Of a stretch of DNA of 32,000 nucleotides, positions 17,117 to 27,430 are shown piece by piece. The translations under genes and the position numbers were made by a program. The DNA comes from Dubosiella newyorkensis (lineage in GTDB: Bacteria > Bacillota_I > Bacilli_A > Erysipelotrichales > Erysipelotrichaceae), in NCBI RefSeq assembly GCF_001945605.1, contig NZ_MPKA01000067.1, forward strand, positions 1 to 32,000. Reading direction: 5' to 3'. The notes beneath the pieces are model-generated. The model was not told the origin of the DNA and did not search any database. It saw only the letters and a list, made by a program, of their open reading frames with translations. Every line of letters starts with the position of its first letter. Position 1 is the first letter of the stretch.

Positions 17117-17863
17117 TTACATTGTAAGCGCTTCCTTGATCGATTTTGCGAACAAATGAACAGGTTCTGGGGCTTCTCGACCATACTTTTCACATAATTG
17201 AACGATCGCGCTTCCAATGATGATCCCATCGCTTTTTCTTGCCATTTGTCGAGCTTGTTGAGCGTTCGAGATTCCAAATCCGATAAGACAAGGTATGGGG
17301 GTGTAATCTCGAGCTTGCTCGATCACATCAAAGATCTCTTCATGCAAGCTGGCTCTTGTTCCTGTGATTCCTAAAGAAGAAACACAATACAAGAAGCCGC
17401 GCGCTTTTTTGGCGATCTTTTCTAAACGCGAAGAGGAAGTCAACGTGATCAAAGAGATCAAATCGATCTGGTACTTTCGGCAAATCGCGTCGAACTCTTC
17501 CTTTTCTTCGTAAGGCACATCGGGCAAAATAAGGCCTTGAAGACCTACCTCCTGCATCCGCTGGACAAATTTTTCGATCCCATAAGCAAAAACGACATTC
17601 GAATACGTCATGACATAAAGCGGGATCGTATACGTTTTTCGCACTTTTTCTACGAGTGAAAAGAGGGCGTTGGCATCCACATTTTGTTGGAGGGCCCTTG
17701 AAGAGGCGGCTTGGATCACTGGCCCTTCGGCTACAGGATCGGAAAATGGGATCCCTAGCTCGATCGCGTCCGCGCCAGCTTCCACTAAAGAAGCGATGAG
17801 CTTTTCGCTCGTTTCAAGATCAGGATCTCCACACATGATATACGGAATAAAGGCTTTACTCAT
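17117..17863 (-). CDS. trpA: tryptophan synthase alpha chain
   Basis: [17 protein letters not shown] and GFGIS motifs. Overlaps trpB by 8 nt. Confidence 0.95.
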   Translation of the reverse strand: MSKAFIPYIMCGDPDLETSEKLIASLVEAGADAIELGIPFSDPVAEGPVIQAASSRALQQNVDANALFSLVEKVRKTYTIPLYVMTYSNVVFAYGIEKFVQRMQEVGLQGLILPDVPYEEKEEFDAICRKYQIDLISLITLTSSSRLEKIAKKARGFLYCVSSLGITGTRASLHEEIFDVIEQARDYTPIPCLIGFGISNAQQARQMARKSDGIIIGSAIVQLCEKYGREAPEPVHLFAKSIKEALTM

Positions 17864-19040
17864 AAATTTCTTCTCCTTGATAGCGCGCTAAGGCAGCACA
17901 ATCTTTATCTCCTCGTCCAGATACCGTGACAACCAACACTTTGTCTTTTCCTAGAGTCGGAGCCAGCTTTTTGACATATGCAAGAGCGTGAGCGCTCTCG
18001 ATAGCAGGAATGATCCCTTCGATCTTCGAGACGTATTGAAAAGCTTCCAAAGCTTCATCGTCTTTGATCGGAACATACTTGGCTCTTCCTTGATCAGCAA
18101 GATGGGCGTGTTCAGGACCAATGCCCGGATAATCGAGTCCGGCAGAAATCGAATACACGGGCGCGATCTGTCCTTTCTCGTCTTGGCAGAAATACGATTT
18201 CATGCCATGAAAGATACCAAGTTTCCCTACGGCCATCGTAGCGGCAGTCTCGTTTATGTCAATGCCCCTTCCAGCCGCTTCTGCGCCAATGAGCTCCACC
18301 TCTTTTTCATCAATATAATGATAAAAGCTTCCGATCGCGTTGGAGCCTCCACCTACGCAAGCGATGATCGCGTCGGGCATCCGTGCTTCCTTTTCTAAGA
18401 TCTGTTCTTTTGATTCTTTGGAGATGATGGCTTGAAAATCGCGCACCATGCTTGGAAAAGGATGAGGGCCCATGACGCTTCCTAAACAATAGTGCGTATC
18501 TTCGATGCGTCGGGTCCATTCGCGCATCGCTTCGTTGACTGCATCTTTCAAGGTGGCTGTCCCGCTTGTCACAGAAACGACTTCGGCTCCCAAAAGCTTC
18601 ATTTTATAGACATTGAGCGCTTGGCGCACAATATCTTCCTGTCCCATATATATAACGCATTCCATGCCAAAGAGAGCGGCCGCGGTGGCGGTGGCCACGC
18701 CGTGTTGTCCAGCGCCTGTTTCGGCGATGAGCCTTTTCTTCCCCATTTTTTTGGCGAGCAGCGCTTGCCCCAGCACGTTGTTGATCTTATGGGCTCCTGT
18801 ATGGTTGAGGTCTTCGCGTTTCAAATAGATCTTGGCGCCCTTTAGATCTTCGCTCATTCTTTTGGCGAAATAGAGGGGCGAAGGTCGATTAGCGTATTCT
18901 TTTAAAAGTGTCGTCAATTCTTCTTGAAAGGCGGGATCCTCTTTATAGTGCGTATAGGCTGCCTCGAGTTCTTCAAGAGCGTGCATGAGGGTTTCGGGAA
19001 CATATTGTCCGCCATGGATTCCAAATCTTCCTTTTGTCAT
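17856..19040 (-). CDS. trpB: tryptophan synthase beta chain
   Basis: PLP-lysine motif [19 protein letters not shown], and [15 protein letters not shown] at the N-terminus. Confidence 0.97.
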   Translation of the reverse strand: MTKGRFGIHGGQYVPETLMHALEELEAAYTHYKEDPAFQEELTTLLKEYANRPSPLYFAKRMSEDLKGAKIYLKREDLNHTGAHKINNVLGQALLAKKMGKKRLIAETGAGQHGVATATAAALFGMECVIYMGQEDIVRQALNVYKMKLLGAEVVSVTSGTATLKDAVNEAMREWTRRIEDTHYCLGSVMGPHPFPSMVRDFQAIISKESKEQILEKEARMPDAIIACVGGGSNAIGSFYHYIDEKEVELIGAEAAGRGIDINETAATMAVGKLGIFHGMKSYFCQDEKGQIAPVYSISAGLDYPGIGPEHAHLADQGRAKYVPIKDDEALEAFQYVSKIEGIIPAIESAHALAYVKKLAPTLGKDKVLVVTVSGRGDKDCAALARYQGEEIYE

Positions 19041-19639
19041 TGTGGTTGTCCTTTCATTTTTTGGATGAGTTCTTGAATGCGGGCTGCCGTTTTTTGACCA
19101 TTCTCTTCGGCGCCGCTCGATACATCGATCATATAAGGTTCATAGCGCATAGCTTGCCGGATATTGTGGGCATCGATCCCTCCGGCGAGGGCGAATTTTC
19201 GCTTGACCTCTTGTAGCTGGTCCCAATCGAACGTCTTTCCTTCTCCTTTTCCCGCATCGAGAAGCACGAGATCGGCTTTTGACGCGTTTACCGTATCAAA
19301 GGATAGTTTAGGATCGACTTGGAAGGCTTGAATGATCGGGACTGTTGTTTGTTTTTTTAATTGTTCGATCATGTCTTCTTGTTCTTGGCCATGGAGCTGT
19401 ATGGCGTCGATCGAGCCTTCTTGAACGAGGTCGAGCATCGTATCTAGGGGAGCGTCGACAAATACGCCTACTTTCATGATGCTTGGATCAAGCTTGTCGG
19501 CGAGTTTCTTGATTTCTTGTTTTTGGATCGAGCGTTTTGATGGTGGATAGTCGATCACGAAGCCGACCATATCGATCTTGGCTTGATTGACGGCTTGGAT
19601 GTCGGTTTCGTTTTTGAGTCCGCAGATCTTGAGTTTCAT
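19037..19639 (-). CDS. trpF: phosphoribosylanthranilate isomerase
   Basis: MKLKICGL... start, 200 aa. Positioned between trpC and trpB with 4-nt overlaps on both sides. Confidence 0.92.
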   Translation of the reverse strand: MKLKICGLKNETDIQAVNQAKIDMVGFVIDYPPSKRSIQKQEIKKLADKLDPSIMKVGVFVDAPLDTMLDLVQEGSIDAIQLHGQEQEDMIEQLKKQTTVPIIQAFQVDPKLSFDTVNASKADLVLLDAGKGEGKTFDWDQLQEVKRKFALAGGIDAHNIRQAMRYEPYMIDVSSGAEENGQKTAARIQELIQKMKGQPQ

Positions 19640-20415
19640 AGTCGTTTCCCTTCGAGTCGTTCGAGCGCTTCTTTTTTATTGTCCGAGCGCATCATATATT
19701 CGCCAATCAGCACGGCGTCGACATAGTTTTGTTTGAGCTTGTCGATTTGTTCTTTCGAATCGATGCCGGATTCGCAGACAAAGAGCGTGGATGGCGGGAT
19801 GTTGTCGCGAAGCTGCAGGCTTTGTTCGATGTTGACGGAAAAGTCGCGTAGATCGCGATTGTTGATGCCAACGATCTTAGCCCCTGCCCTAAGCGCTTTG
19901 GCGATATCTTCTTCATTTCTGCTTTCGACTAGAGCGTCCATTCCAAGTCGATGCGTGAGTTCTAAATAGCTTTTGAGTGTGGCTTCATCTAAAAGAGAGG
20001 CGATCAATAAAATGGCGGAAGCTCCCAATGCGGCCGATTCATAGATCATATAGGGATCAATGATAAAATCTTTGCGCAATACGGGAATAGAAACGGTTTT
20101 GGCGATTTGTTGGACATATTCGCTTTTTCCTAAAAAGAATTCGGGTTCGCTCAATACGGAGATCGCGTGCGCGCCGGCTTGTTCGTATTGTTTGGCGATT
20201 TCAAGAGGTTCAAAGTGTTCTTTGATCACTCCTTTGGAGGGCGAGGCTTTTTTGACTTCTAAAATATAGGCGAAATCTTGGTTTTTAAGCGCCTCATAAA
20301 AGGAGGGATGCGTTGGTGTTGGTGTTTCGAGCAGCTTAGAAAGAGGTACGGTTCTTTTTTGGTGTTCGACGCGCTTTCGCGTGCTGGCTACGATTTGTTC
20401 TAAAATATTAGGCAT
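19636..20415 (-). CDS. trpC: indole-3-glycerol phosphate synthase
   Basis: ILEVKKASPSKG, VLSEPEFF, VGINNRDL motifs. Confidence 0.95.
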   Translation of the reverse strand: MPNILEQIVASTRKRVEHQKRTVPLSKLLETPTPTHPSFYEALKNQDFAYILEVKKASPSKGVIKEHFEPLEIAKQYEQAGAHAISVLSEPEFFLGKSEYVQQIAKTVSIPVLRKDFIIDPYMIYESAALGASAILLIASLLDEATLKSYLELTHRLGMDALVESRNEEDIAKALRAGAKIVGINNRDLRDFSVNIEQSLQLRDNIPPSTLFVCESGIDSKEQIDKLKQNYVDAVLIGEYMMRSDNKKEALERLEGKRL

Positions 20416-21418
20416 AGCTGGCCTCGATCATTTTTTGTAGGATGTTGTATGGGGCGAAGGAGTCGAGTTGTCGTTCGGCTAAACGGACACCTTCAAGGAG
20501 CGAATTGACTTTGTTTGCGGCATAAAGAGCGGCTCCAGCATTGAGGCAGACGGCTTGGCGTTTGGCGCCTCGTTCTTTGCCTTGCAAGATGTCGAGGGTG
20601 ATTTTGGCGTTCTCTTGCGCGTTTCCGCCGACGAGCGCTTCTTTGGGCTGACGTTCATAGCCAAATTGTTCGGGTTCGATCGTATATGTATGAAATTGTC
20701 CTTGGTCGATTTCGCAAACATAGGTGGCGTCGCTCATCGAGATTTCATCGAGTCCATCGAGTCCATAGACGACAAGGCCTCTCTTTACGCCAAGCTGGCT
20801 CAATACGTGGGCCATCGTTTCGACTAAGTCTTTGGAAAAGACGCCCATGACTTGGGTGGTGGCTTGAGCTGGATTGGTGAGGGGTCCTAAAATATTGAAG
20901 ATCGTTGGGATCTTGAGTTCTTTGCGCACAGGGGCGGCGTATTTCATTGCCGGATGATGGTTAGGGGCGTATAAAAAACATATGTTGGCGGTTTCTAAGC
21001 TGTCTAGGCATTGTTTTGGGGTGGTGTTCAAGTTGAGGCCGAGGGCTTCGAGACAGTCGGCGGCCCCGCATTTGGAGGAGGCGGCTCGATTGCCATGTTT
21101 AGCGACTTTGATGCCGGTGCTGGCGATCACGAACGAGGCGGTCGTCGAGATATTGAATGTGTTGGAATGGTCGCCTCCTGTTCCTACGATTTCGAAGACT
21201 TCGTCTTTTGGGTGGATCTGAATGGCGGCGGAGCGCATGCCTTGGGCGGAGCCAACGATTTCTTCGATGGTTTCTTTTTTCATTTTTAGCGCGATCAAAT
21301 AGGAGGCGATCAAAGCGGGGGAGCAATTTCCTTGCATGATTTCTTCCATGACGTTTTTGGCTTCGTTTTGATCAAGGGAGTGGTTTTGGGCTAGTTTTTG
21401 GATGGCGGTTTGGATCAT
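20408..21418 (-). CDS. trpD: anthranilate phosphoribosyltransferase
   Basis: GTGGDHSNTFNIST and KHGNRAASS motifs. Confidence 0.95.
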   Translation of the reverse strand: MIQTAIQKLAQNHSLDQNEAKNVMEEIMQGNCSPALIASYLIALKMKKETIEEIVGSAQGMRSAAIQIHPKDEVFEIVGTGGDHSNTFNISTTASFVIASTGIKVAKHGNRAASSKCGAADCLEALGLNLNTTPKQCLDSLETANICFLYAPNHHPAMKYAAPVRKELKIPTIFNILGPLTNPAQATTQVMGVFSKDLVETMAHVLSQLGVKRGLVVYGLDGLDEISMSDATYVCEIDQGQFHTYTIEPEQFGYERQPKEALVGGNAQENAKITLDILQGKERGAKRQAVCLNAGAALYAANKVNSLLEGVRLAERQLDSFAPYNILQKMIEASYA

Positions 21419-21975
21419 GATTGGATTCCTTTCATTAGATTGGCGATGATTTGCGTGCCTTGGGGGCTCAAGATCGATTCGGGATGAAACTGCACCCCAT
21501 ATACAGGATAGGTCGTATGTTCGATGGACATGATTTCTTCTTCACAGATGCTGGTGGTTTTTAAGTGTTCTGGAAGTTTTGTGATGGCTAGCGAGTGGTA
21601 GCGCCCTCCTTCAAAGGTGTCGATATTTTCGAATAATGGGCTTGGTTGTGTCACTTGGATCGTTTTGGCTTTGCCGTGGATCTTTTCTTTGGCGTAGCCA
21701 ATTTCTCCGCCTAAGGCGAGGGCGATCGCTTGATGGCCAAGGCAGACACCAAAGATCGGATAGGTCGTATAGAGCTGTTGGATCAATTCGATGCAGATGC
21801 CAGCGTCTTCGGGTCGTCCTGGTCCTGGAGAGAGGACGATGAGCGCTGGATCGAGCTTTTTGATCGTTTCGATATCGATTTCGTCATTTCTTGCGACTTG
21901 GACTTCATCATAGCTGGCGAAGCAGTGGTATAGGTTGTAGGAGAACGAGTCGTAGTTGTCAATGAGCAAGATCAT
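21415..21975 (-). CDS. trpG: anthranilate synthase component II (glutamine amidotransferase)
   Basis: Triad context GVCLGHQ and FHPES. 186 aa. Confidence 0.95.
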   Translation of the reverse strand: MILLIDNYDSFSYNLYHCFASYDEVQVARNDEIDIETIKKLDPALIVLSPGPGRPEDAGICIELIQQLYTTYPIFGVCLGHQAIALALGGEIGYAKEKIHGKAKTIQVTQPSPLFENIDTFEGGRYHSLAITKLPEHLKTTSICEEEIMSIEHTTYPVYGVQFHPESILSPQGTQIIANLMKGIQS

Positions 21976-22059
21976 AGTGGGCTCCTTTCTGGATCGATTG
22001 CAGGATCGACGAGGCTTTGATGTGACATTCTTGGAATTCGCGTTCTGGGTCGGAATCGG

Positions 22060-23415
22060 CTACGATGCCAGCCCCGACCGAATATAGAGTTGGTCTTCTT
22101 TTTTGTAGGCGAGGCGGATGCCGATGCAAAAATCGAGGTTTTGGCTGAAATCAATGTAGCCAAAGGCGCCTCCATAAATGCCGCGTTCGCTTTGTTCGAG
22201 TTCTTGTATGATTTGGCAGGCGCGAAATTTGGGCGCGCCAGAAAGTGTTCCTGCTGGCAAGGTGGCAAATAGGGCGTCGAGTGGATGGGCGCTTTCTAAA
22301 AGTTCGCCTTGGATGGTGGAGGCTAGGTGCATGAGCGTAGAGAAGCGGACGATGTCTTGGTAGCGGGATACGTGGATCGTTTGGTTTTTGCAGATTTTTC
22401 CAAGATCGTTGCGTCCTAGGTCGACGAGCATGTCGTGTTCGGCTTTTTCTTTTGGATCGTGTTTGAGTTCATATTCGAGTTGTTGGTCTTCTTGTTCGTT
22501 TTTGCCTCTTGGGCGAGTTCCCGCTAATGGGTAGGTCATTACTTGGCGATCATGGACGGCGATGAGCGTTTCTGGACTGGCGCCTGCGAGTTCGAGATCG
22601 TCCATGTGGGCGTAAAATAAATAGGGGCTTGGATTTTGGATGCGAAGTCTTTGATAGAGGGAAAAGAGGCTTCCTGTCACTTTGGCTTGCATCCGGTTGG
22701 AGAGGACGACTTGAAAGATGTCGCCTTCTTGGATATATTGTTTGGCTTTGGTCACGTTTTGGATAAAAGCGGGTTTTTCAAATTGGAGGCTGAAGTCTTC
22801 TAAGATCGTGAATAGTTCGCTGTTTTGCGTGATTTCGTTTTCGTGAAGTTTTGTTTCGAGTTCTTCGATTTGTTTTTGGGCCTTTTTATAGTTGGTTTCT
22901 AGATCGTTGGTTTGGATGCCGCTGATCAAGTGGATCTTGTGTTCATAGTGATCGTAGGCGATCAGGGTGTCATACATGGCTAGATCGAAGTCGTTGAACA
23001 TGGTTTGTTTGCTGAAGCGAAGTTTGGGTTCGCTACAGCGCAGGCTTTCGTAGGCGAAATAGCCGACCAATCCTCCGCAGAAGAAGGGGTAGAGATTGGG
23101 GGTCTGTTGTTGGTCGATCATGGCTTGTAGTGCTTGTTTGGGGTCGGTTGTTTTTTGGTGGGTTTTTGTGTCGTGGAGCCGATCGTGTATGGTGAGGGTC
23201 TCATTTTTGTATTGGATGGTGTATTGGGGTTCGTAGCCCATATAGGAATAGCGGTCTTTTATGGAGCTTTCGAGCAAAAACGAGCGAGAGGTGCCAGCTT
23301 TTACTGTTTGGAAGAGGTCAATGGCGTTTTGATCGGCCTCGATCGTTTTGATGAGGGGGATGCGTTTGGCGTGGGTTTGTTGATAGATAGTTTGGATTTC
23401 ATAAAGATCGTTCAT
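22060..23415 (-). CDS. trpE: anthranilate synthase component I, C-terminally truncated by an apparent 1-nt frameshift (intact gene would span 21959..23415)
   Basis: LAGTRPRG and GGAFGYIDF motifs. The frame ends ...YIRSGLAS*. The expected continuation GAGIVADSDPEREFQECHIKASSILQSIQKGAHYDLAH* is encoded in a different frame right after a C4 run (22072-22075, plus strand). GAGGAG RBS. Confidence 0.85.
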   Translation of the reverse strand: MNDLYEIQTIYQQTHAKRIPLIKTIEADQNAIDLFQTVKAGTSRSFLLESSIKDRYSYMGYEPQYTIQYKNETLTIHDRLHDTKTHQKTTDPKQALQAMIDQQQTPNLYPFFCGGLVGYFAYESLRCSEPKLRFSKQTMFNDFDLAMYDTLIAYDHYEHKIHLISGIQTNDLETNYKKAQKQIEELETKLHENEITQNSELFTILEDFSLQFEKPAFIQNVTKAKQYIQEGDIFQVVLSNRMQAKVTGSLFSLYQRLRIQNPSPYLFYAHMDDLELAGASPETLIAVHDRQVMTYPLAGTRPRGKNEQEDQQLEYELKHDPKEKAEHDMLVDLGRNDLGKICKNQTIHVSRYQDIVRFSTLMHLASTIQGELLESAHPLDALFATLPAGTLSGAPKFRACQIIQELEQSERGIYGGAFGYIDFSQNLDFCIGIRLAYKKEDQLYIRSGLAS

Positions 23416-23432
23416 CGTTTTTCTCCTCTATA

Positions 23433-23712
23433 GAAAAAGCCCGTCCTTAACGAAGCTTTTTCTTCGTCAAGGACGAGCTTGATTTATTTCTATAGCCCGC
23501 GGTGCCACCTTGATTCTTCGAGTTTGAAGCGCTTTAGAATGCAATCACATTCTTGATCTTTTACGCAGATCGTACGTCATAGAGTACTCGGAATGTTCCT
23601 TTGACTATGCCCTCGGCGGTCCATTTGGCAGTTCGCTTTTCTATCTGGCTTCCACCGTCCCAGACTCTCTATGAGCGCGTCGCTGCTTTGATCTCCGCTT
23701 CATCGGTTTGGT
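23433..23712 (-). promoter_or_regulatory. T-box riboswitch leader, tryptophan-specific (UGG specifier), with terminator/antiterminator
   Basis: Read on the minus strand: AGAGAG bulge motif (23665-23670); specifier context CCAAA-UGG-ACC (UGG = 23621-23623); T-box sequence AAGGUGGCACCGCG (23498-23509); then terminator CGTCCTTGACGAAG-AAAAAG-CTTCGTTAAGGACG plus GCUUUUU (23433-23475), directly before the trpE RBS. Confidence 0.88.
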
Positions 23713-23719
23713 TGGGTAC

Positions 23720-23748
23720 AGAATACAGAGTTTGAAAATAAATGTCAA
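23720..23748 (-). promoter_or_regulatory. trp operon promoter
   Basis: Minus strand: TTGACA (23743-23748), 17-nt spacer, TATTCT (23720-23725). Confidence 0.6.
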
Positions 23749-23803
23749 ATAATTTTCTCTTTTTTTCTGAATATAATTGTAACTTCTAGAAAATTTACAA
23801 AAA

Positions 23804-23827
23804 AAACAGATCCCGAAGAATCTGTTT
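23804..23827. terminator. bidirectional terminator (UUCG-tetraloop hairpin) after nanE and the small ORF
   Basis: Minus strand: AAAACAGAUUC-UUCG-GGAUCUGUUUU followed by a T run. A-run on the other side. Confidence 0.85.
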
Positions 23828-23828
23828 T

Positions 23829-23915
23829 CTATCCTTTATTTTGGAGGGTGATGATCAATATGAACGCGATCACGCCCATGATCGTCCAAAATAAGTATTT
23901 TTTCCAGTTTTGCAT
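23829..23915 (-). CDS. possible 28-aa hydrophobic peptide (MQNWKKYLFWTIMGVIAFILIITLQNKG)
   Basis: Not in the ORF track (too short). ATG preceded by GAGGTGG 6 nt upstream, one predicted TM helix, placed between the nanE stop and the terminator. Confidence 0.3.
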   Translation of the reverse strand: MQNWKKYLFWTIMGVIAFILIITLQNKG

Positions 23916-23963
23916 GGATGCCACCTCGTATCTTTGTTTCATTATACGAGATGGAGCGTGTTT

Positions 23964-24656
23964 TTAGTCTTCGATTGCTTCCACGAATCGTCTTGTGATC
24001 ACTTGTGGGCGGGTAATGATGGAGCCGACAACGACGCTGTACGCGCCTAGGTCGAGGACGCGTTTAACTTTTTCTGGCGTATCGATATTTCCTTCTCCGA
24101 TCACTGGATGCTTTGCGGTTTTTAGAAGTTCGCGGATGATTTCGAAATCGTTGGTTTCGATCTTATCGCCTTCGCTTTCTGAGGTATAGCCTACGAGCGT
24201 CGTTCCGATAAAGTCAAAACCTAGATCATCGGCGTGGCACATTTCTTCGAGTGTCGCGCAATCGGCCATGAGTGGCTGGTCTGGATATTTGGCGCGGATC
24301 TCTGCGTAGAATTCGTCGAGTGTTTTGTTGTCGGGACGTTGGCGGCATGTGGCATCGACGGCGATCACGTCGGGTCTTTGTTCCATGGCCATTAGTTCGT
24401 CGACTTCTTTCATCGTTGGGGTAATGTAGACGTGATTGTCTCCATATTGGCGTTTGATGATGCCAATAATCGGAAGGTCTACTTCTTTTTGGATTTCTTG
24501 AATGTCTTCGACGGTGTTGGCGCGGATGCCGCTTGCTCCGCCTTCCTTGGCGGCTTTGGCCATTCGGCCCATGATAAAGGACGAGTGCAGCGGTTCTTCA
24601 GGAAGCGCTTGGCACGATACGATCAGTTTTCCTTTGGCTTGTTCAATTCGACTCAT
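23964..24656 (-). CDS. nanE: N-acetylmannosamine-6-phosphate 2-epimerase
   Basis: LIVSCQALPEEPLHSSFIMGRMAKAAKEGGASGIRAN, IGTTLVGYT and VVVGSIITRP are close to characterised NanE sequences. Confidence 0.92.
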   Translation of the reverse strand: MSRIEQAKGKLIVSCQALPEEPLHSSFIMGRMAKAAKEGGASGIRANTVEDIQEIQKEVDLPIIGIIKRQYGDNHVYITPTMKEVDELMAMEQRPDVIAVDATCRQRPDNKTLDEFYAEIRAKYPDQPLMADCATLEEMCHADDLGFDFIGTTLVGYTSESEGDKIETNDFEIIRELLKTAKHPVIGEGNIDTPEKVKRVLDLGAYSVVVGSIITRPQVITRRFVEAIED

Positions 24657-24707
24657 TGTTTTCTCCTTTGAATGGTATATCTTTATGCGAATATTATACT
24701 TATTTTC

Positions 24708-25328
24708 TCAAGAAATCGCAAACGGCAAAAGCAGATCCTTCGTGTCGAGCAGTTGGTGCTTGATGACGACTAGATCGGCATAAGAGATTGTGTCGTATTC
24801 GGCGCGCTGTAGTTGCAGCTGCATAAAGGAGATCAAGGTGGCTAGAGAGGCCCAGGTGGCGCTTTCGCCCTTGCCTTGGTCGACTAGAGTGTGGATATTG
24901 GATTCGTTCAAGGCTTGCAGATAGGAAAAGAGGGTCGTTTGGGCGCTTGGCATTCCGGCAAGCATTTCTTTTAAATGGGGGTAGAGGCTTGTTCTGCAGG
25001 CGTTCAAGAGCGCTTTGGCGTAAAACAAGACGGATGCGCTGTAATCAGCGTCCAGGTCTTCGTCATAGTATTCTTCGAGGTCGATGGCGGCTTCGAGAGC
25101 GTCTTGCATCGTGCCTGGCAGGTTTTCAAATTCTTCTTCGATCATATTGAGTTTTTGAAAGAGCGGGTCGGTTTCTTCGATTTCTTCTTGTGCTTGTCGT
25201 TCCATGTTGGGTTCGATATCGCCTCGCATCATATTTTGGGCTATGGATTGTAGGTTGGCTTTTTCTTCTTCGCTGAGGGAATCGACCATTTTTTGGATGG
25301 CGCTAAAATCTATATCATTCCAATTCAT
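24708..25328 (-). CDS. hypothetical acidic protein (206 aa)
   Basis: ATG 25328 preferred (GGAGGATATACA upstream) over the ORF-track start at 25412. Asp/Glu-rich N-half. No recognisable family. Confidence 0.7.
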   Translation of the reverse strand: MNWNDIDFSAIQKMVDSLSEEEKANLQSIAQNMMRGDIEPNMERQAQEEIEETDPLFQKLNMIEEEFENLPGTMQDALEAAIDLEEYYDEDLDADYSASVLFYAKALLNACRTSLYPHLKEMLAGMPSAQTTLFSYLQALNESNIHTLVDQGKGESATWASLATLISFMQLQLQRAEYDTISYADLVVIKHQLLDTKDLLLPFAIS

Positions 25329-25396
25329 TGTATATCCTCCGTTATGATTTATTGTAACAGATGGAAAGGGGTTTTCAGAAAAATTTTCAAAGTTTC

Positions 25397-25425
25397 TTGA
25401 ACAACTTTTCATTTCCTCGTATAAT
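25397..25425 (+). promoter_or_regulatory. ilvC promoter
   Basis: TTGAAC (25397-25402), 17-nt spacer, TATAAT (25420-25425). Confidence 0.7.
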
Positions 25426-25436
25426 GCTCGTTATAG

Positions 25437-26477
<1,041 letters not shown>

Positions 26478-26493
26478 AAAGAAGATAAAAAAA

Positions 26494-26552
26494 ACAAAGA
26501 GAGAAATCAGCGCTCTATCAGCGATCTGTATTTCAGCTCTTTGTTTTTTTAT
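26494..26552 (+). terminator. ilvC terminator (long imperfect hairpin)
   Basis: AACAAAGAG...(about 35 nt, internally paired)...CTCTTTGTT followed by TTTTTT. Confidence 0.7.
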
Positions 26553-26694
26553 GAAAAACTCGTAGGCAAGCCCCGCTCATGCGGGGAAATACTAACAAGT
26601 CCTCTTCAATAAGCACATCAGATTTAATGCCTACTTTTTTTCTTTCTTCAATCATAACATAACATGAACACTTCTATTTATAATGTTTAAAAAA

Positions 26695-27372
26695 TCAATC
26701 TGGTTTAAATCTATAAATATCTAAAGGTTGTCTACTCTGATCTTTCCATTCCTTCCAACCATTTATTGCTTTTCCAATTACTACCGAACCCGCCGTGGAT
26801 GGAGAATGACAAATAACATTTTGTTGCAAAATATTATTCTTAATCTGCGCATTTTTTCTGCATTCAGGCAGTCGATCCTGATCTGATGGAGCACATGTAC
26901 TTCCTTTGAGTACAATAAAATTCCCATCCTTCACTTCCATAGCGGCTTTCACCAACCCAAACCCCTTAACTTTTCGATTCAAAAAATACGTTCCTTCTGG
27001 AATATTTCCGCATTCTTCATTACTTCTTCTTTTCTTTGTGGCTTCAGTAAACACTTGTTCTTTTGTTTCCATACTTGGATAGATTTGAAGTCCTTCAAAT
27101 GACGACAAAAGCTGTATTACCAAATCTAGATCCAATGCAAAAAGCTCTGTATTTGGAACTCGACTCTTACTAAAAATATCATCCAATAAAGCCTCTTTTT
27201 CATCATAATCATTCACTTCAATCGCAAATTTTCTGCGTAATCCAGTTACATTTGAATATCCATTACGCTCTAAGTTATACATGCGTGATTCAAAATTATT
27301 TTTCCCTGTTTTTCCGATCTTAATCAATCCAGGAACAACAGTACTCATCACATAGATTATTCCTTTAGCCAT
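26695..27372 (-). CDS. T5orf172 (GIY-YIG-like) domain protein with DUF4357-like C-terminal domain
   Basis: N-terminal GIIYVMSTVVPGLIKIGKTGKNNFESRMYNL...TELFAL pattern. C-terminal FIVLKGS...SPSTAGSVVIGKAINGWKEWK pattern. AAGGAT RBS. Confidence 0.75.
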   Translation of the reverse strand: MAKGIIYVMSTVVPGLIKIGKTGKNNFESRMYNLERNGYSNVTGLRRKFAIEVNDYDEKEALLDDIFSKSRVPNTELFALDLDLVIQLLSSFEGLQIYPSMETKEQVFTEATKKRRSNEECGNIPEGTYFLNRKVKGFGLVKAAMEVKDGNFIVLKGSTCAPSDQDRLPECRKNAQIKNNILQQNVICHSPSTAGSVVIGKAINGWKEWKDQSRQPLDIYRFKPD

Positions 27373-27401
27373 ATAATTATCCTTATGTTTTGCTTTTAAA
27401 T

Positions 27402-27430
27402 ATTATATCGCACTCATAAAGCTTCATCAA
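27402..27430 (-). promoter_or_regulatory. promoter of the T5orf172 gene; its -35 lies inside the 18-bp inverted repeat
   Basis: Minus strand: TTGATG (27425-27430), 17-nt spacer, TATAAT (27402-27407). Confidence 0.5.

Noticed and set aside
21972-22268. 98-aa minus-strand ORF bridging trpE and trpG
   Set aside because: It is neither the trpE frame nor the frame that encodes the conserved GAGIVADS tail. It is a by-product of the region, and the product is Arg/Pro-rich.
25329-25412. N-terminal extensions in the ORF track (25412 here; likewise 13763, 10095, 2228, 5318, 8589)
   Set aside because: The upstream starts lack Shine-Dalgarno sequences or are TTG codons. Internal ATG/GTG codons have good SDs and fit operon junctions better.
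26571-26586. GC-rich hairpin CCCCGC-TCAT-GCGGGG considered as a tRNA fragment, att site or terminator
   Set aside because: There is no cloverleaf context and no U tract on either strand. The second island end is not available for comparison. It is kept only as a boundary landmark.
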